Below are positions 1 through 11,120 of a DNA stretch of 64,000 nt, piece by piece; positions within the stretch are counted from its first letter, which is position 1; each line of letters opens with the position of its first letter. A model generated the notes under the pieces. It did not search any database, had not been told where the DNA came from, and saw nothing but the letters and a program-made list of their open reading frames with translations. This DNA comes from Schmidtea nova. Lineage: Eukaryota. Made by a program: the position numbers and the translations under genes. The stretch lies in assembly GCA_044892505.1 (NCBI GenBank), contig CM097884.1, positions 82,150,001 through 82,214,000 of the forward strand. The letters are read 5' to 3'.

Positions 1-2499
1 CCAAAAATACATGTTTTTTTTAGATTTAGATCCCTGAATTGAGTAGCGATCAGATTCCGCTTAAAGAATGATGCGTTATGAATAAATACATAGAGAATGT
101 TTGCCTTTTTGTGATTAACAACTTTTGTGTGTTTGGAAATAACTGTTTTCTTTGCTACATTTTAAGAATTATTTTGTCAAAAAAACTATATATTTGTTCC
201 ATCTTTTTTGTAAATTAAAAAAATACAAAAAAATAATTAAATATGTCAAACTAAAATACAATAATAAATCACATATACTCCATAGAGAAAATAATGGTCA
301 AAGAATTAAATCAAAGAATCAAACGAAAATTTTTAATAATCAGTCAGTATCATATAAGTTATTATCACTGTCATTTTGAATTGTTGACTTTTCTTTTATT
401 GGTGTTCTTTATCCACATGTACATTTATCCTATATTTTTTCCCTATTCTATAATTTTCGCTTATCTCAAATTTATTCGTTAATTTCTCTGTATTTAACAA
501 TATCATCACAAAATATCATCATATTATAGTGCCAAATACACACAAAATATCATCAAATATATGAAATATTATCACAAAGTACCATTAAATACATTAAATT
601 TCATCACAAACTTTCATCATAAAATATTAAAAATACATAAATATATTTATCATACATACTAGAAATGCGGACAATAATAATAATCAATAATACACGCAAA
701 ATATCACAAATACTCACAAAATATCGAAGAATACATAAAATTTCATCATATACACATACAACTGTCGGGCTGGCGAAATCGAAAATAAAATTTTGTTTGA
801 ATTCATCAAAAGTTAAAAAGAAACAAGTTTAAAAACGCACGATAAAGCATTACGCAGTAAACTAACGCAAAAGAAAATAAAACGGTAAAGTACAATAGTA
901 ATCATACGAACCGCATTCGATAAGTCGGTCAAGATAGGGCTTAAACGATAGAAAAGAGGCATCTCAAAAGAGAGCCCACAATTCGAGTGCAAGTCGCATT
1001 TACACATGGAGGACCGCTCGAGAATTGAATGGGGAAGATCATCGCTGTACAAAATAACGAAAAGCATGATCAAAGAATAAAATTGATATCAAAATAAAGA
1101 AAATCATTTATTAAAAAGTATAGGAAAAGTCCCCATTGATATATCGGAAAAATAACAGAGGTAGGAACAAAAATAGAACTAAATTAAATTTGATTGTTTT
1201 AATCAATCAATAAATGTACAAAAACAATGGACACACACATCATTTAACGGAATTAAAAACAAATATTTTAGAAATAAATAAATAAAATTATAAAATAAAA
1301 TTTACAAAAAATTAAAGAAATAATCGTTTATTGAAACAAATAAATTGAGTTTCAATCACAATATAATAATTTGAATGAAAACATGCCTGGGTTTCAGTCT
1401 ATTTTAGTATAAATAGACACAAAAAATCAGTTGAATTAACTCAGTTAGTTTCTGCAAGTTAACACAAAATTTTGATTTCGTGTTTACGCCAGTCAGTCTC
1501 TTGGGTAAGTATATTTGGTTTTGTAATGTTGCGTAGTAATCATTTTGTCATGGTTAATCATGTTTTTTGGTGTTTTGTTGTAAGTGCTATGACATCAAAT
1601 AAATATTACGAAGCATAAATTTGATGATTATTTGCGGGTAAACCCTCATAACAGCCGGGGTAAAATCGATAAGGGCAGGTCCTGATGATCTCGCGACATG
1701 ATGGGCAATAATTGGTCTCTCGTCCTGGCTCTCTTCGGAAGGTTAGGCGATGCGGCATACTTGAACAAAATTTGGGCGAGAGGAAATGGGATTGCCAGGA
1801 GCATTCATCGTTTTAGTGAATTAATTGAGAAGTAATAAAGGTATATTGTAGATAGCGAAAAGTAATAGATCGTTAGAAGGAAAATCATGCGATAAGACCG
1901 AAAAGAAAGTAGATGTGTAAGTCCTTCTATCGGCAGCAAGAACCCGAAAGAGAGAATTTAGTGAGGAGTAGTTTATGCAACGGAGCTCACCTGCTCACTA
2001 GATTCTCGCCACCGTGTACAGTACCAACATAGTTATTTGTGGAATAACTATGGGTACATGTGTGTGATGGATTGACATTTATGTTGCGGTGTGGGTTGCT
2101 TTAACCCCTGGAATCGTTAATAGTTTTTATGACAACACCCATACAGAAATTTGATTGGAATCTTTTAAATGTCATCAAAAACCCAATAACCCAACACAAC
2201 TACCGGTTACGGACTCGCGGATTAGACCGGTAATGTTAAACGATTTTAAAACGGCCTTCTTAGGATAGTAAAAAAAGTTAACAGCACTTATAATAGTGCA
2301 AAGAAGTTGTTAAATAAAATAAATAAATTATAAATATAAATAAATAAATTTTACCATTCAAATATTTCTTTATTCCGGCAGCATCTTCACATATATCATT
2401 TATTATAAAATCTTCTTCGAAAGTAGAGCAAATAAATATTAAATAATTGAAAATAATTCTTTTAAAAACATTATTTTAATTTTAATTTTTTATATTTCT

Positions 2500-2507
<8 letters not shown>

Positions 2508-2552
<45 letters not shown>
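2508..2552. repeat. (TA)n microsatellite; others at about 22283-22307, 24643-24692 and 27960-27978
   Basis: Direct reading of the sequence. Confidence 0.95.
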
Positions 2553-2554
<2 letters not shown>

Positions 2555-3089
2555 AAGATGTAATCGTGAATTTATAAATATAATTTAATAAATACTAATT
2601 TATTCCATTTTATAGTCTCTTACTGAAAAAAACGATTTGTTAAGATTAAAATTAAATTACATCATTTAAACAAAAGAATCTCATGAATGTCGGTGTTGAC
2701 ATTTTCGAGATTTGATAAGAAATATATTTTTAGAGAGGGAGAGAGAGATTCTAGACAATATGTTCAGCGACGAAATTTCATTAATTTACATTAAATTTAG
2801 TCGTTATTAATCAAATTGTTTAAATGGACATAACACTACAACTATATTTACTATCATCAAATGCCTGTAAATGCGCATGAACTGAACAATCTTTCGACTG
2901 AAATATTTAGAAAGTGACAAATAGTGAAGTCCGTCGTAACGCGCAAACTTGGAAATCATTGATAATTTATCTAAGAACTTACACAGTGACGAATACAAAT
3001 AATCATTTTGAGATAAAATTCAAAAAGTTTCACTGACACTTCGAAGTTCATTTTAGTTCATTCGCGTTTACTGCAATTTCGACAGTGAA

Positions 3090-4406
3090 ATGAATATCAA
3101 ATCTTCAGAACATAAAGACTCGATTTCTCATCATGACAAACCGAAATCCATGAATGAATCTTTCTCGGAAATATTTGCAATCCAAAGATCCAGTTCGGCG
3201 TTTGCGGCTGGTTGGAACATCACGAACATCATCCAAGGAATCGGCATATTGGGAGTTCCGTACGCTATGTTGAAAGGCAGCTGGATTGGAGTGTTCATGA
3301 ATGTTTTCTCAGCGATAATTTGCTGTTCAACTGGCAAAATGATAATTAGTTGTTTATATGAACGGGTTGGTGTGTTGGATATTAGCATAAAAATACATGA
3401 AGATTATTCTGATATTGGAGAGAAGGTCTGGCCGAAATTCGGGAGAAAGTTCGTCATACTCATAAGCATCATTGAAATGTTTGGCGCTTCAACGCTTTAT
3501 GTGATTTTGTTGGGATCCTCGAGTTATACATTGTTTAAGAACATATTTCCCAACTTGACCGACCAACATTGGTTTATCATTTGTTGCTGTTTGGTATTGG
3601 CTCTTCTTTTTATCAAGCAAATGTCATATATTTCGTGGTTTTCTCTGCTAGCGGTCATCGGGCTATCGGGAACTATTATTTCAATAGTCATTTATTGTTT
3701 AACTAAATATCGAGATATTAAATTGAAAAATGTTCCAAGAATCTCAATTCAGGACTTACCAATTAGTATGGGGATAATCGTATTTTCCTATTGCGCCCAT
3801 CCGCTGTTGCCAGCAATAGAGGCCAGCATGAAAAAACCGGAACAATTCAATAAAATGATAAATGTTTCCTTTACTATTTCTTTAATTAGTAAAGTGATAT
3901 TCGGAATAATTCCTGTTCTGATTTTTGGGAGAAATACCTTGCAAATGATCACCAACAACTTTTCAAGAAACGACCAAGCTTTCTATGTGGCCACCAATAC
4001 CTTTGTATTAATAAACGTCTTCTTCAGTATGCCGTTGGTCATATTTATCCTATCGCAAAATATTGATGAAATCCTTCTTGTCAAGCATTTTCATCCCATA
4101 TTTTGGCCCCATGGCCAATTGCATTTTGCGTGGATGCTGATGAGTCGGTTGATAATTCTTCTCACTATATTACTCACTGGTCTAATAGTTCCGTACTTTG
4201 GTCTTGTGATGAGCTTCATCGGCTCGTTTACTGGAACGTGCTTGACATTCATTTTGCCCTGTTGGTTTAGTTTAGTACTGAAAAGGAAAGAGTTAAATGT
4301 CAGACAAAAATTATACAGAGTTTCAATTATAATTTGTGGAATGTTTTTCGGAATAACTGGAATGATTTTCGCAGCAAAAGAAATGATAACAATTTCTATG
4401 TTATGA
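3090..4406 (+). CDS. SLC32A1: Vesicular inhibitory amino-acid transporter-like protein (SLC32/VIAAT/unc-47 family, AAAP transporter), intronless, 438 aa
   Basis: AGWNITNIIQGIGILGVPYA, CCSTGKMIISCLYE, SMGIIVFSY and GSFTGTCLTFILP match SLC32 motifs; there are about 10-11 hydrophobic segments. It may be a paralogue rather than the orthologue. Confidence 0.8.
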   Translation: MNIKSSEHKDSISHHDKPKSMNESFSEIFAIQRSSSAFAAGWNITNIIQGIGILGVPYAMLKGSWIGVFMNVFSAIICCSTGKMIISCLYERVGVLDISIKIHEDYSDIGEKVWPKFGRKFVILISIIEMFGASTLYVILLGSSSYTLFKNIFPNLTDQHWFIICCCLVLALLFIKQMSYISWFSLLAVIGLSGTIISIVIYCLTKYRDIKLKNVPRISIQDLPISMGIIVFSYCAHPLLPAIEASMKKPEQFNKMINVSFTISLISKVIFGIIPVLIFGRNTLQMITNNFSRNDQAFYVATNTFVLINVFFSMPLVIFILSQNIDEILLVKHFHPIFWPHGQLHFAWMLMSRLIILLTILLTGLIVPYFGLVMSFIGSFTGTCLTFILPCWFSLVLKRKELNVRQKLYRVSIIICGMFFGITGMIFAAKEMITISML

Positions 4407-4805
4407 TTAAAATAATCTGTAAAATACATTTAATATTTTCTTTAGTTTTACTATTATTTTTTCATTCAATAATTTTCATATTTAATTTTTTGTAAGAATA
4501 TATATCAAAATCTTTTTTTTTGGTTGGTACACGATATTTCGGCACAGTGGTGTAACATCTATTTTTGTGCACGGAGCAAAGATTTAATTTGCGCCCTTCT
4601 TCGAAGCTTTTGTTTGAGCATCATTTTCTTAATTGCGATTAATGTTAAGATTTTAAGAATTACCATTAAAACAAGCTAACGTAAATATTTTAGCTATAAA
4701 AATTCAAAGTGAACTATACAGATTTAGTTAGATATTAACGGAATGAAATAAATTTGAAGTTTGAAATTTGAATTGAAATGTAGTCAAAAATGTAGTAGAC
4801 AGTAC

Positions 4806-6305
4806 CATGGGCGCCCGCAAAAAATTTTCTAAAGGGGGCAAAATATTTTGAGTAATGCTTAAATGTAGTTTTAATTTACTGTAGCGTATTTGTATCCTTA
4901 TTTGGATCTCTAATATTTGACGCGAAGTGTTCAGCATCTTGTTGAGACCCACGATGCCATGCTGAGCTGGTATGGTTTCGGGCACATTCATTAAAATCTT
5001 TGTACTTTGTACAAAGAGTAGTAATGAAGGCACCTTGAATTCCTCTTTTTAACCATTGAGTATACTTGGATAGCCAAGATTCACTGAAACAACGTTTTCC
5101 ACTTCTTGACACGTCGCCTTCAAAATCATATGACGGGGGAGGTTTGTATGAATCAGTTAGCAAATCAGTTAAGCTTAAAATCGATGGGAATCTTCGTAGT
5201 AGATTTTACATAGAGTCCAGTGTCATAAGTTAACCTAGTATCTCCAGTTTCAAGCTTGTCACGATCTGGTTCTGGTGATAGCGTTGCTGCTGCAGATGAA
5301 CAAGCAACAGCATCCGTTTTCCATGTTTTACCAACAAGAGTTAACGTTATTTCTTCAACATCTGGAGTCGATTGCTGTGACTGTCTGAGAGGTTTTAAAA
5401 GTTTCCAAATTTCCATGACACTTAAAAGTAACAAGAAAGACAAAGAAAAAGAATAAATAAGAAAGAACAAAAAAGAAAACTTAAACTAATACTAAAACCC
5501 AACCAGTCTCCATAGGCCTGGTAGAAATTAAAATAAATACAAGTTAAGAAACAAAAATCTTTTTAATAATATTACATAATTAACAAAATAAATTATGTTA
5601 ATTTACGCTATAACAAGCTTAGTAATTATAACTAATGGAAAATAACCACAATAATTAGATTATTAAAGGCTTACAAAATAACTTTAACCACTGTATGTGC
5701 AAACAACCTCATTAATTATTCAAACATAGGACTGTACAATAAAACATGTAGCTTATATAACGAAATTTATAACGAAATTAAAATAGATGATTTATATTTT
5801 TCTAATACTTTTTTGGCGCTGACGTGCGTGGAAGATGGAATTGACTAGGATTTTGATATCAGAATGTCCCACGCCTGTCGGCCAATTTTTGCTTTTGCGG
5901 TTGACAATAAGGAGAGCATGTAATATTGTTAATGTATGATAAGGTTAAGTAATACTCACGGCTCGATTCACAAGTTTATAAATATAAAGATTACAGAAGT
6001 ATTTGCTTAGATAAATACAATACGACGCGCGGAGTGAAACGGACGCGGCACTTGCTTCAGGCGGCAGAGAAAAAATGATCGGCCCGAACGATGAATGCAC
6101 GGTGGCCAAACGCTTGACGCTCATGTCACACCTGTGCGTCGCCAACCTGGCGATGATGTTGCTCCAGGCTGACAAAAGTTCTGTCGCTCCACCCTTTCTT
6201 TATGCTAAAATAAAGTGATTTAAAATAAAAGTAACATTATTTGACTATTTTCAATCAATCCAGAGGGGGCAAGTGCCCCCTTGTTTCCCACTGCGGGCGC
6301 CCATG
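4806..6305 (-). mobile_element. Internally deleted hAT DNA transposon (ZnF-TTF-type transposase remnant)
   Basis: Perfect 14-bp TIR CATGGGCGCCCGCA and 8-bp TSD GACAGTAC (4798-4805 and 6306-6313). ORF 4876-5163 contains KRCFSESWLSKY..WL...GAF...H..S.WH, which is ZnF-TTF-like. Confidence 0.85.
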
Positions 6306-6589
6306 GACAGTACGGTGTCTCTATAAAGATAAATGTAGCAAAGAATTGTAATAGAAGACATATTTTAATCTCTCTAAACAAATATTTTCTTTAATTTTTA
6401 GTAAACTCCAATTCTTTTTGTGAGCCCTTTAACACCTTGCGTCTTCAGCCTTTTCTCAATTCGCATATAGGCAGTTATGCCTGTGTTACACACTGTTACA
6501 GGCTGTGACAAAATATCGGGTACCAACCAAAAAATATGTGTGTAAATTGTTTTAAATCGATTTTGTTTATTATATTTTCCAGTGTTGTA

Positions 6590-6841
6590 AACTGCTTTCA
6601 GTTCAGAAAGAACCTCTTCTCTATTTTTTCCTTTCAGAAAGAGAAAGTGAATAACGCTTTGATATTGAATAGTTTTCAGAGGCATTTTTCGAATGTTCGC
6701 AAAAATATACTTAAACAATAATGGATTATTAAAACAAAATACATTTTCTTTATCTATATATGTTGAAGTTTAAATGTCTGTATCAATTTTCTTACTATTA
6801 TTATTTCTATATTAGTCTCACGACTTATTGGGCGCACCACG
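6590..6841 (-). mobile_element. Truncated mariner element (5' TIR plus transposase N-terminal HTH)
   Basis: The minus strand reads TA|CGTGGTGCGCCCAATAAGTCGTGAGACT, a mariner-like TIR. ATG at 6685 gives MPLKTIQYQSVIHFLFLKGKNREEVLSELKAVY, a Mos1-type HTH start. Confidence 0.7.
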
Positions 6842-7376
6842 TAAATTGAAATTGTTTTCGTGGATCATGGGTATCCATTTAAAATCGAAAACTATATTAT
6901 TGTTTATTGAGATGAACAAATAAATAATTTCAATGCATTGTATTGTTGATTTAAAAAGTGAATTGCTAAAAAAATTATTAAGTTGGTTTTCATTGTTTTG
7001 AATAAGGACACATGGAGTCAGATCATATTTACATCCCTATTAAAATTGTTAAAACTTTAAATATACAAATAGATCAGTGGTTTGCAAACTGTTACAAGTC
7101 GAGACCCACTATTAAAACCATAAGGTTCTTGCTACCCACCTTATAAAAAAACAAGGAAAAAACTAAAAACTTTTTAAATATATTTATTAAAAGTACATAT
7201 TTAAACATAATTTAGAGGATACATGAGATGAATGAGCTTGCCTTCTTTTTTTGGCAATAACATCTTCGACATCTACTTTGTTCTTGTGACAAATTAATTA
7301 AAAGCAAATTAAAATAAACACAAATATAATAATAAGGTAACAGTGCTAAGCCTTTCTCCGAAATGTTTATTTAAAT

Positions 7377-7578
7377 CAGCGGTTCCAAACTTTTCTGGTG
7401 CTGTGACCCCATGATAACATTTGCCAATTTGTGACGACCCAAACAATAAAATCAATAAGGTTGCACTTCAGTTACAGCATTTTTGCAGCCAAATATTATG
7501 ATAATTATGTTTTGGCGGCCCCTGGCAAACTGTCACGAGACCCCGTTGGGGTCGTGACCCCAAGGTTGGGAACCGCTG
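7377..7578. mobile_element. hAT-type MITE, 202 bp
   Basis: TIR CAGCGGTTCC(A/C)AAC and perfect 8-bp TSD ATTTAAAT (7369-7376 and 7579-7586). Confidence 0.9.
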
Positions 7579-8341
7579 ATTTAAATAAAATATTTCGATC
7601 TTAATAAGACCCTGATCACTTCAATACGAAATTCTTTCCAATTGACTTCCTAATTCTTGCTGAATATTTTCTTTCTCCTGATTTCTATTTAATATTAATT
7701 ATTAAAACAAAAATAGATCTTAATTTGTTTTAATAATTAATATTAAACCAGAATTCAGGAGAAAGAAAATATCCAGCAAGAACTAGGAAGTCAATTTGAA
7801 AGAATTTCGTATTTGAGTGATCAGGATCTTTTTAAGATTGAAATATTTTATCAAATAAACATTGATTAGAAAGGCTTAACACTGTTACCTTATTATTATA
7901 TTTTATAAACTGCTAACGACAAAACAATTCGTATTTATACTTTCAATTTGAGCCAGATTACCGTCATCTTCAAAATAGCTACGGATAAGATTTTAAAAAT
8001 TTAAATTCAAAGTAAGATTTTTCCTTATGAAATTCATAAAAAGAGCTTTTTATTGAAAGAATTATTTTAATTTTGTGAATAAAAGTAGTTTTTATTTTTT
8101 AATGTTTTAATTAAAAAATAAGCATTTTATTAATGAAAAGACTTTGATTCTCTATGATTTTTTAAAATATTTTTAAAGAAAGAACACTCTAATTATTAAA
8201 ATTAATAAATAAAAAATTTTTAATTAAAATTAATCTATCTCCAGAATAAATCTTAATTTGTTTTAATAATTAATATTAAACCAGAATTCAGGAGAAAGAA
8301 AATATCCAGAAAGATCTAGGAAGTCAATTGGAAAGAATTTC

Positions 8342-8391
8342 GTATTGGAGTGATCAGGATCTTTTTAAGATCGAAATATCTCATTTAATAC
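8342..8391 (+). ncRNA. Minimal type-I hammerhead-like motif, G3-C8 variant (sister copies 7817-7847 + and 7589-7619 -)
   Basis: GUGAUCA-G-[GAUC uuuuuaa GAUC]-GAAA-UAU-C. Helix II stays pairable in all three copies, helix III is the palindrome AUAU, and a bulged helix I is possible. Activity is untested. Confidence 0.55.
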
Positions 8392-8679
8392 ACATTGCAG
8401 AGAAAGGCTTAACACTGTTACCTTATTATTAAATTTTAATAAGATCTCCCAACGACAACAACAAATGATACGAGCAACCCGCTTAAGTCGGTTCGCGACC
8501 CACACTGAGAACAACTGGAATATATTAAAAGTGAATAGAAAGTTTTTTTTACTTTTTATATTATAAAATAATTATAAAATAAATTCGATTGTTTGTTTAA
8601 ATAGACCAAAAATCTTTTCCGTAATTTTTAAAATTTAAAACAATTTGTTTAAATAATTGAATAATTAATTGTATTAAAA

Positions 8680-10044
8680 ATGAACACTGATCAAGATTGC
8701 GTGATATGTTACTCTCCAATGGCCATTGAGTCAAGTATAACATTTTGCGACTGTCGACATTCATTTTGTCGATATTGTGTGGAAAAATGGCTGGTTACCA
8801 ATCCAACTTGCCCTTTGGATAGAAGGCCAGTTACGTCACTTGGTTTATTAAATGGGAAACGCGAAAATGTTTTAAAAATTAAAAATTTCATTGACTTTAT
8901 CGATTTAAAAAACTCCGTAAGGAAAATAAATTCCAAATTGTGCAGTTTACCAAAATTTATCAAACCAAATAAATTTTTGCCATTTTTTCAATCTCTAAAT
9001 CAAGAAATATCAGAAGAAGAAGTCAATGGCATTTTTAAAAATTTTCAAGATAAACACATTGCATTCCGTAAATCCACAAATTCGTTCACAATATTCTACA
9101 GTGGGTTTGTGATCCTTATTTCTAACATTTCCGACATAGTCAGTAAATATCAATTATCCACTAGTGCGACCCATCGCTTGTTAGCCTATGAACTTCAAAA
9201 ACAATTTTACACATCCGGCATTTCTCTCCGTAGAAAACTCGATATTTTCCTAATCGCAGAAATGTGCATTGAATCGTATCAGCACCAAAAAATCAATCAA
9301 ACTCAACTTTTTGATTATTTTCAGCAATTTGCAAAAAGGCTGGAAAAGTCGAGCGAACAATACGAATATTCTTTTTCATCATTCCCATGGTTGATAGAAC
9401 AACTTTTTGTCTTATTCAACAACTTCGCGGAAAAACACCTCAAGGATTTCTTCCCTAATGTTTCCATTGAATATAGATCTTTAGATTTTTCACGGTCAGA
9501 AATTTTCATTGAAAGTCGTGGAAGTGAAGAGAAAATTCAGAAAATCAAAGACATGATAGTAAAATGTACAGACGATGACATTGGCAATTTTATTCTCGAT
9601 GATAAGTTGCAAGTTGCCATTGACATGTTCCAGAAGCTTTTGGAGTCGATAGAAAAAATTTCGAAAAATTGTTTACTGTCATATTCTTTACCTTTGGAAC
9701 TAAAAATACTTGAATTTGACTTGGATTCGATAAAATATGGCTATTCAAGAATTTTTGAAACATTTAGAATACTCTCTTTAAAGTATCTACAACCCAATTT
9801 AAATACATTTATTAAAAAGTCTATAAATATATTAAATTGCATATTTAACCTAATAACAGCCTTTCAAGATTATATTTCAAATGTTGACAATGGACATTTT
9901 CTTCTTATAATTAAACTGTTAGAAAAGAATCTCACAACGGAATTGAAATCTATGATAAAGTTATTTGGCTTGGAAATTAATTGTAAAGTTTTAAAAATTT
10001 GTAATTTAATGGAAAAATTCTATTCTTTTCTTGAGAATTTTTGA
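8680..10044 (+). CDS. RING-finger protein (putative E3 ligase) with an unrecognised C-terminal region of about 400 aa, intronless, 454 aa
   Basis: N-terminal C-x2-C...C-x-H-x2-C-x2-C...CPLD RING, with the last ligand Asp as in PHRF1/SCAF11/TRAF-type RINGs. A 1365-nt open frame is unlikely by chance in such AT-rich DNA. Confidence 0.75.
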   Translation: MNTDQDCVICYSPMAIESSITFCDCRHSFCRYCVEKWLVTNPTCPLDRRPVTSLGLLNGKRENVLKIKNFIDFIDLKNSVRKINSKLCSLPKFIKPNKFLPFFQSLNQEISEEEVNGIFKNFQDKHIAFRKSTNSFTIFYSGFVILISNISDIVSKYQLSTSATHRLLAYELQKQFYTSGISLRRKLDIFLIAEMCIESYQHQKINQTQLFDYFQQFAKRLEKSSEQYEYSFSSFPWLIEQLFVLFNNFAEKHLKDFFPNVSIEYRSLDFSRSEIFIESRGSEEKIQKIKDMIVKCTDDDIGNFILDDKLQVAIDMFQKLLESIEKISKNCLLSYSLPLELKILEFDLDSIKYGYSRIFETFRILSLKYLQPNLNTFIKKSINILNCIFNLITAFQDYISNVDNGHFLLIIKLLEKNLTTELKSMIKLFGLEINCKVLKICNLMEKFYSFLENF

Positions 10045-10480
10045 TGGTCAATAATTTCTAAGAAATCAAAATGAAATTTTTATTTCAATCGGGAACGTTT
10101 AATAACAAAATAAATTATTTTAATTCCACTTATAATTAATCCTTTTAAAATGAAATTGTTTATTACTGTTTCGAAAATAGAATTATTTTCTTTATTTTAT
10201 TAACCTTGGCAATAGGTTGTAATTTTAGTTTATTAAAAGATTAATTTTATAAATTATGATTATTTTTGATTAAATTGTACTGATTGAAATTAAAATGGTT
10301 TTCTTTGAATAAAATAATTTATTACCCAAAGGATTAATAGTCAATTATTATTATTATTTACTTTCATAGAAGGCAAAATTATATAAATTAATATTTACAA
10401 CAAAATAACTGTTTACAATATCATATCTTTTGTTTTCACCTTTGACCTCTTCTTTTTAATTCAATAATTTTTATTAATTT

Positions 10481-11120
10481 TTGTAAAACTATAAATCAAA
10501 ATTTTTTTTGGTTGTTGGTATACGATATTTTGGCACATCAGTCAAAAACGTGAAAATCATACATTATTGATATGACCCATCAACAACTCAACACAAAACA
10601 TTAGTCAAAACCATCTTGTTGCCCGTCACAATTTATCGTTGGTAATGCAACAAATGAGTGGATTTTCTCAAACAGTGAGCGTTGAAAAGTCGAAACTATG
10701 ATTGATTGAACATTTCAGTGGGTTCAAAAGCGACCGATAGAAGGTTTTTTGCCCATTTTGAGTCCATTAATATAATCATTATGTTATTTACTTCAAATGT
10801 TTGTAAAACTATAAATCAAAATTTTTTTTGGTTGTTGGTATACGATATTTTGGCACATCAGTCAAAAACGTGAAAATCATACATTATTGATATGACCCAT
10901 CAACAACTCAACACAAAACATTAGTCAAAACCATCTTGTTGCCCGTCACAATTTATCGTTGGTAATGCAACAAATGAGTGGATTTTCTCAAACAGTGAGC
11001 GTTGAAAAGTCGAAACTATGATTGATTGAACATTTCAGTGGGTTCAAAAGCGACCGATAGAAGGTTTTTTGCCCATTTTGAGTCCATTAATATAATCATT
11101 ATGTTATTTACTTCAAATGT
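10481..11120. repeat. Exact tandem duplication of a 320-bp unit
   Basis: 10481-10800 and 10801-11120 are identical on visual comparison. Confidence 0.92.

Larger units (their letters stand above)
7325..8445. repeat. Three copies of a unit of about 190 bp: inverted 7325-7720 (split by the MITE), direct about 7720-7905 and about 8253-8445
   Basis: Shared block cttaatttgttttaataattaatattaaaccagaattcaggagaaag...gtgatcagg...ggcttaacactgttaccttattatt. The first copy is the reverse complement and forms a fold-back centred near 7718. Confidence 0.9.
7075..8517 (+). mobile_element. Non-autonomous hAT-like element enclosing a tandem/inverted repeat cassette
   Basis: Ends are CAGTGGTTTGCAAACTG and CTGAGAACAACTG; the 8-mer flanks AAATAGAT and GAATATAT (6/8 match) suggest a decayed TSD. 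Confidence 0.5.

Noticed and set aside
10678-10700. TTGAAAAGTCGAAAC as an ultra-minimal hammerhead in the 320-bp repeat
   Set aside because: There is no room for helix II and no NUH cleavage triplet in register.
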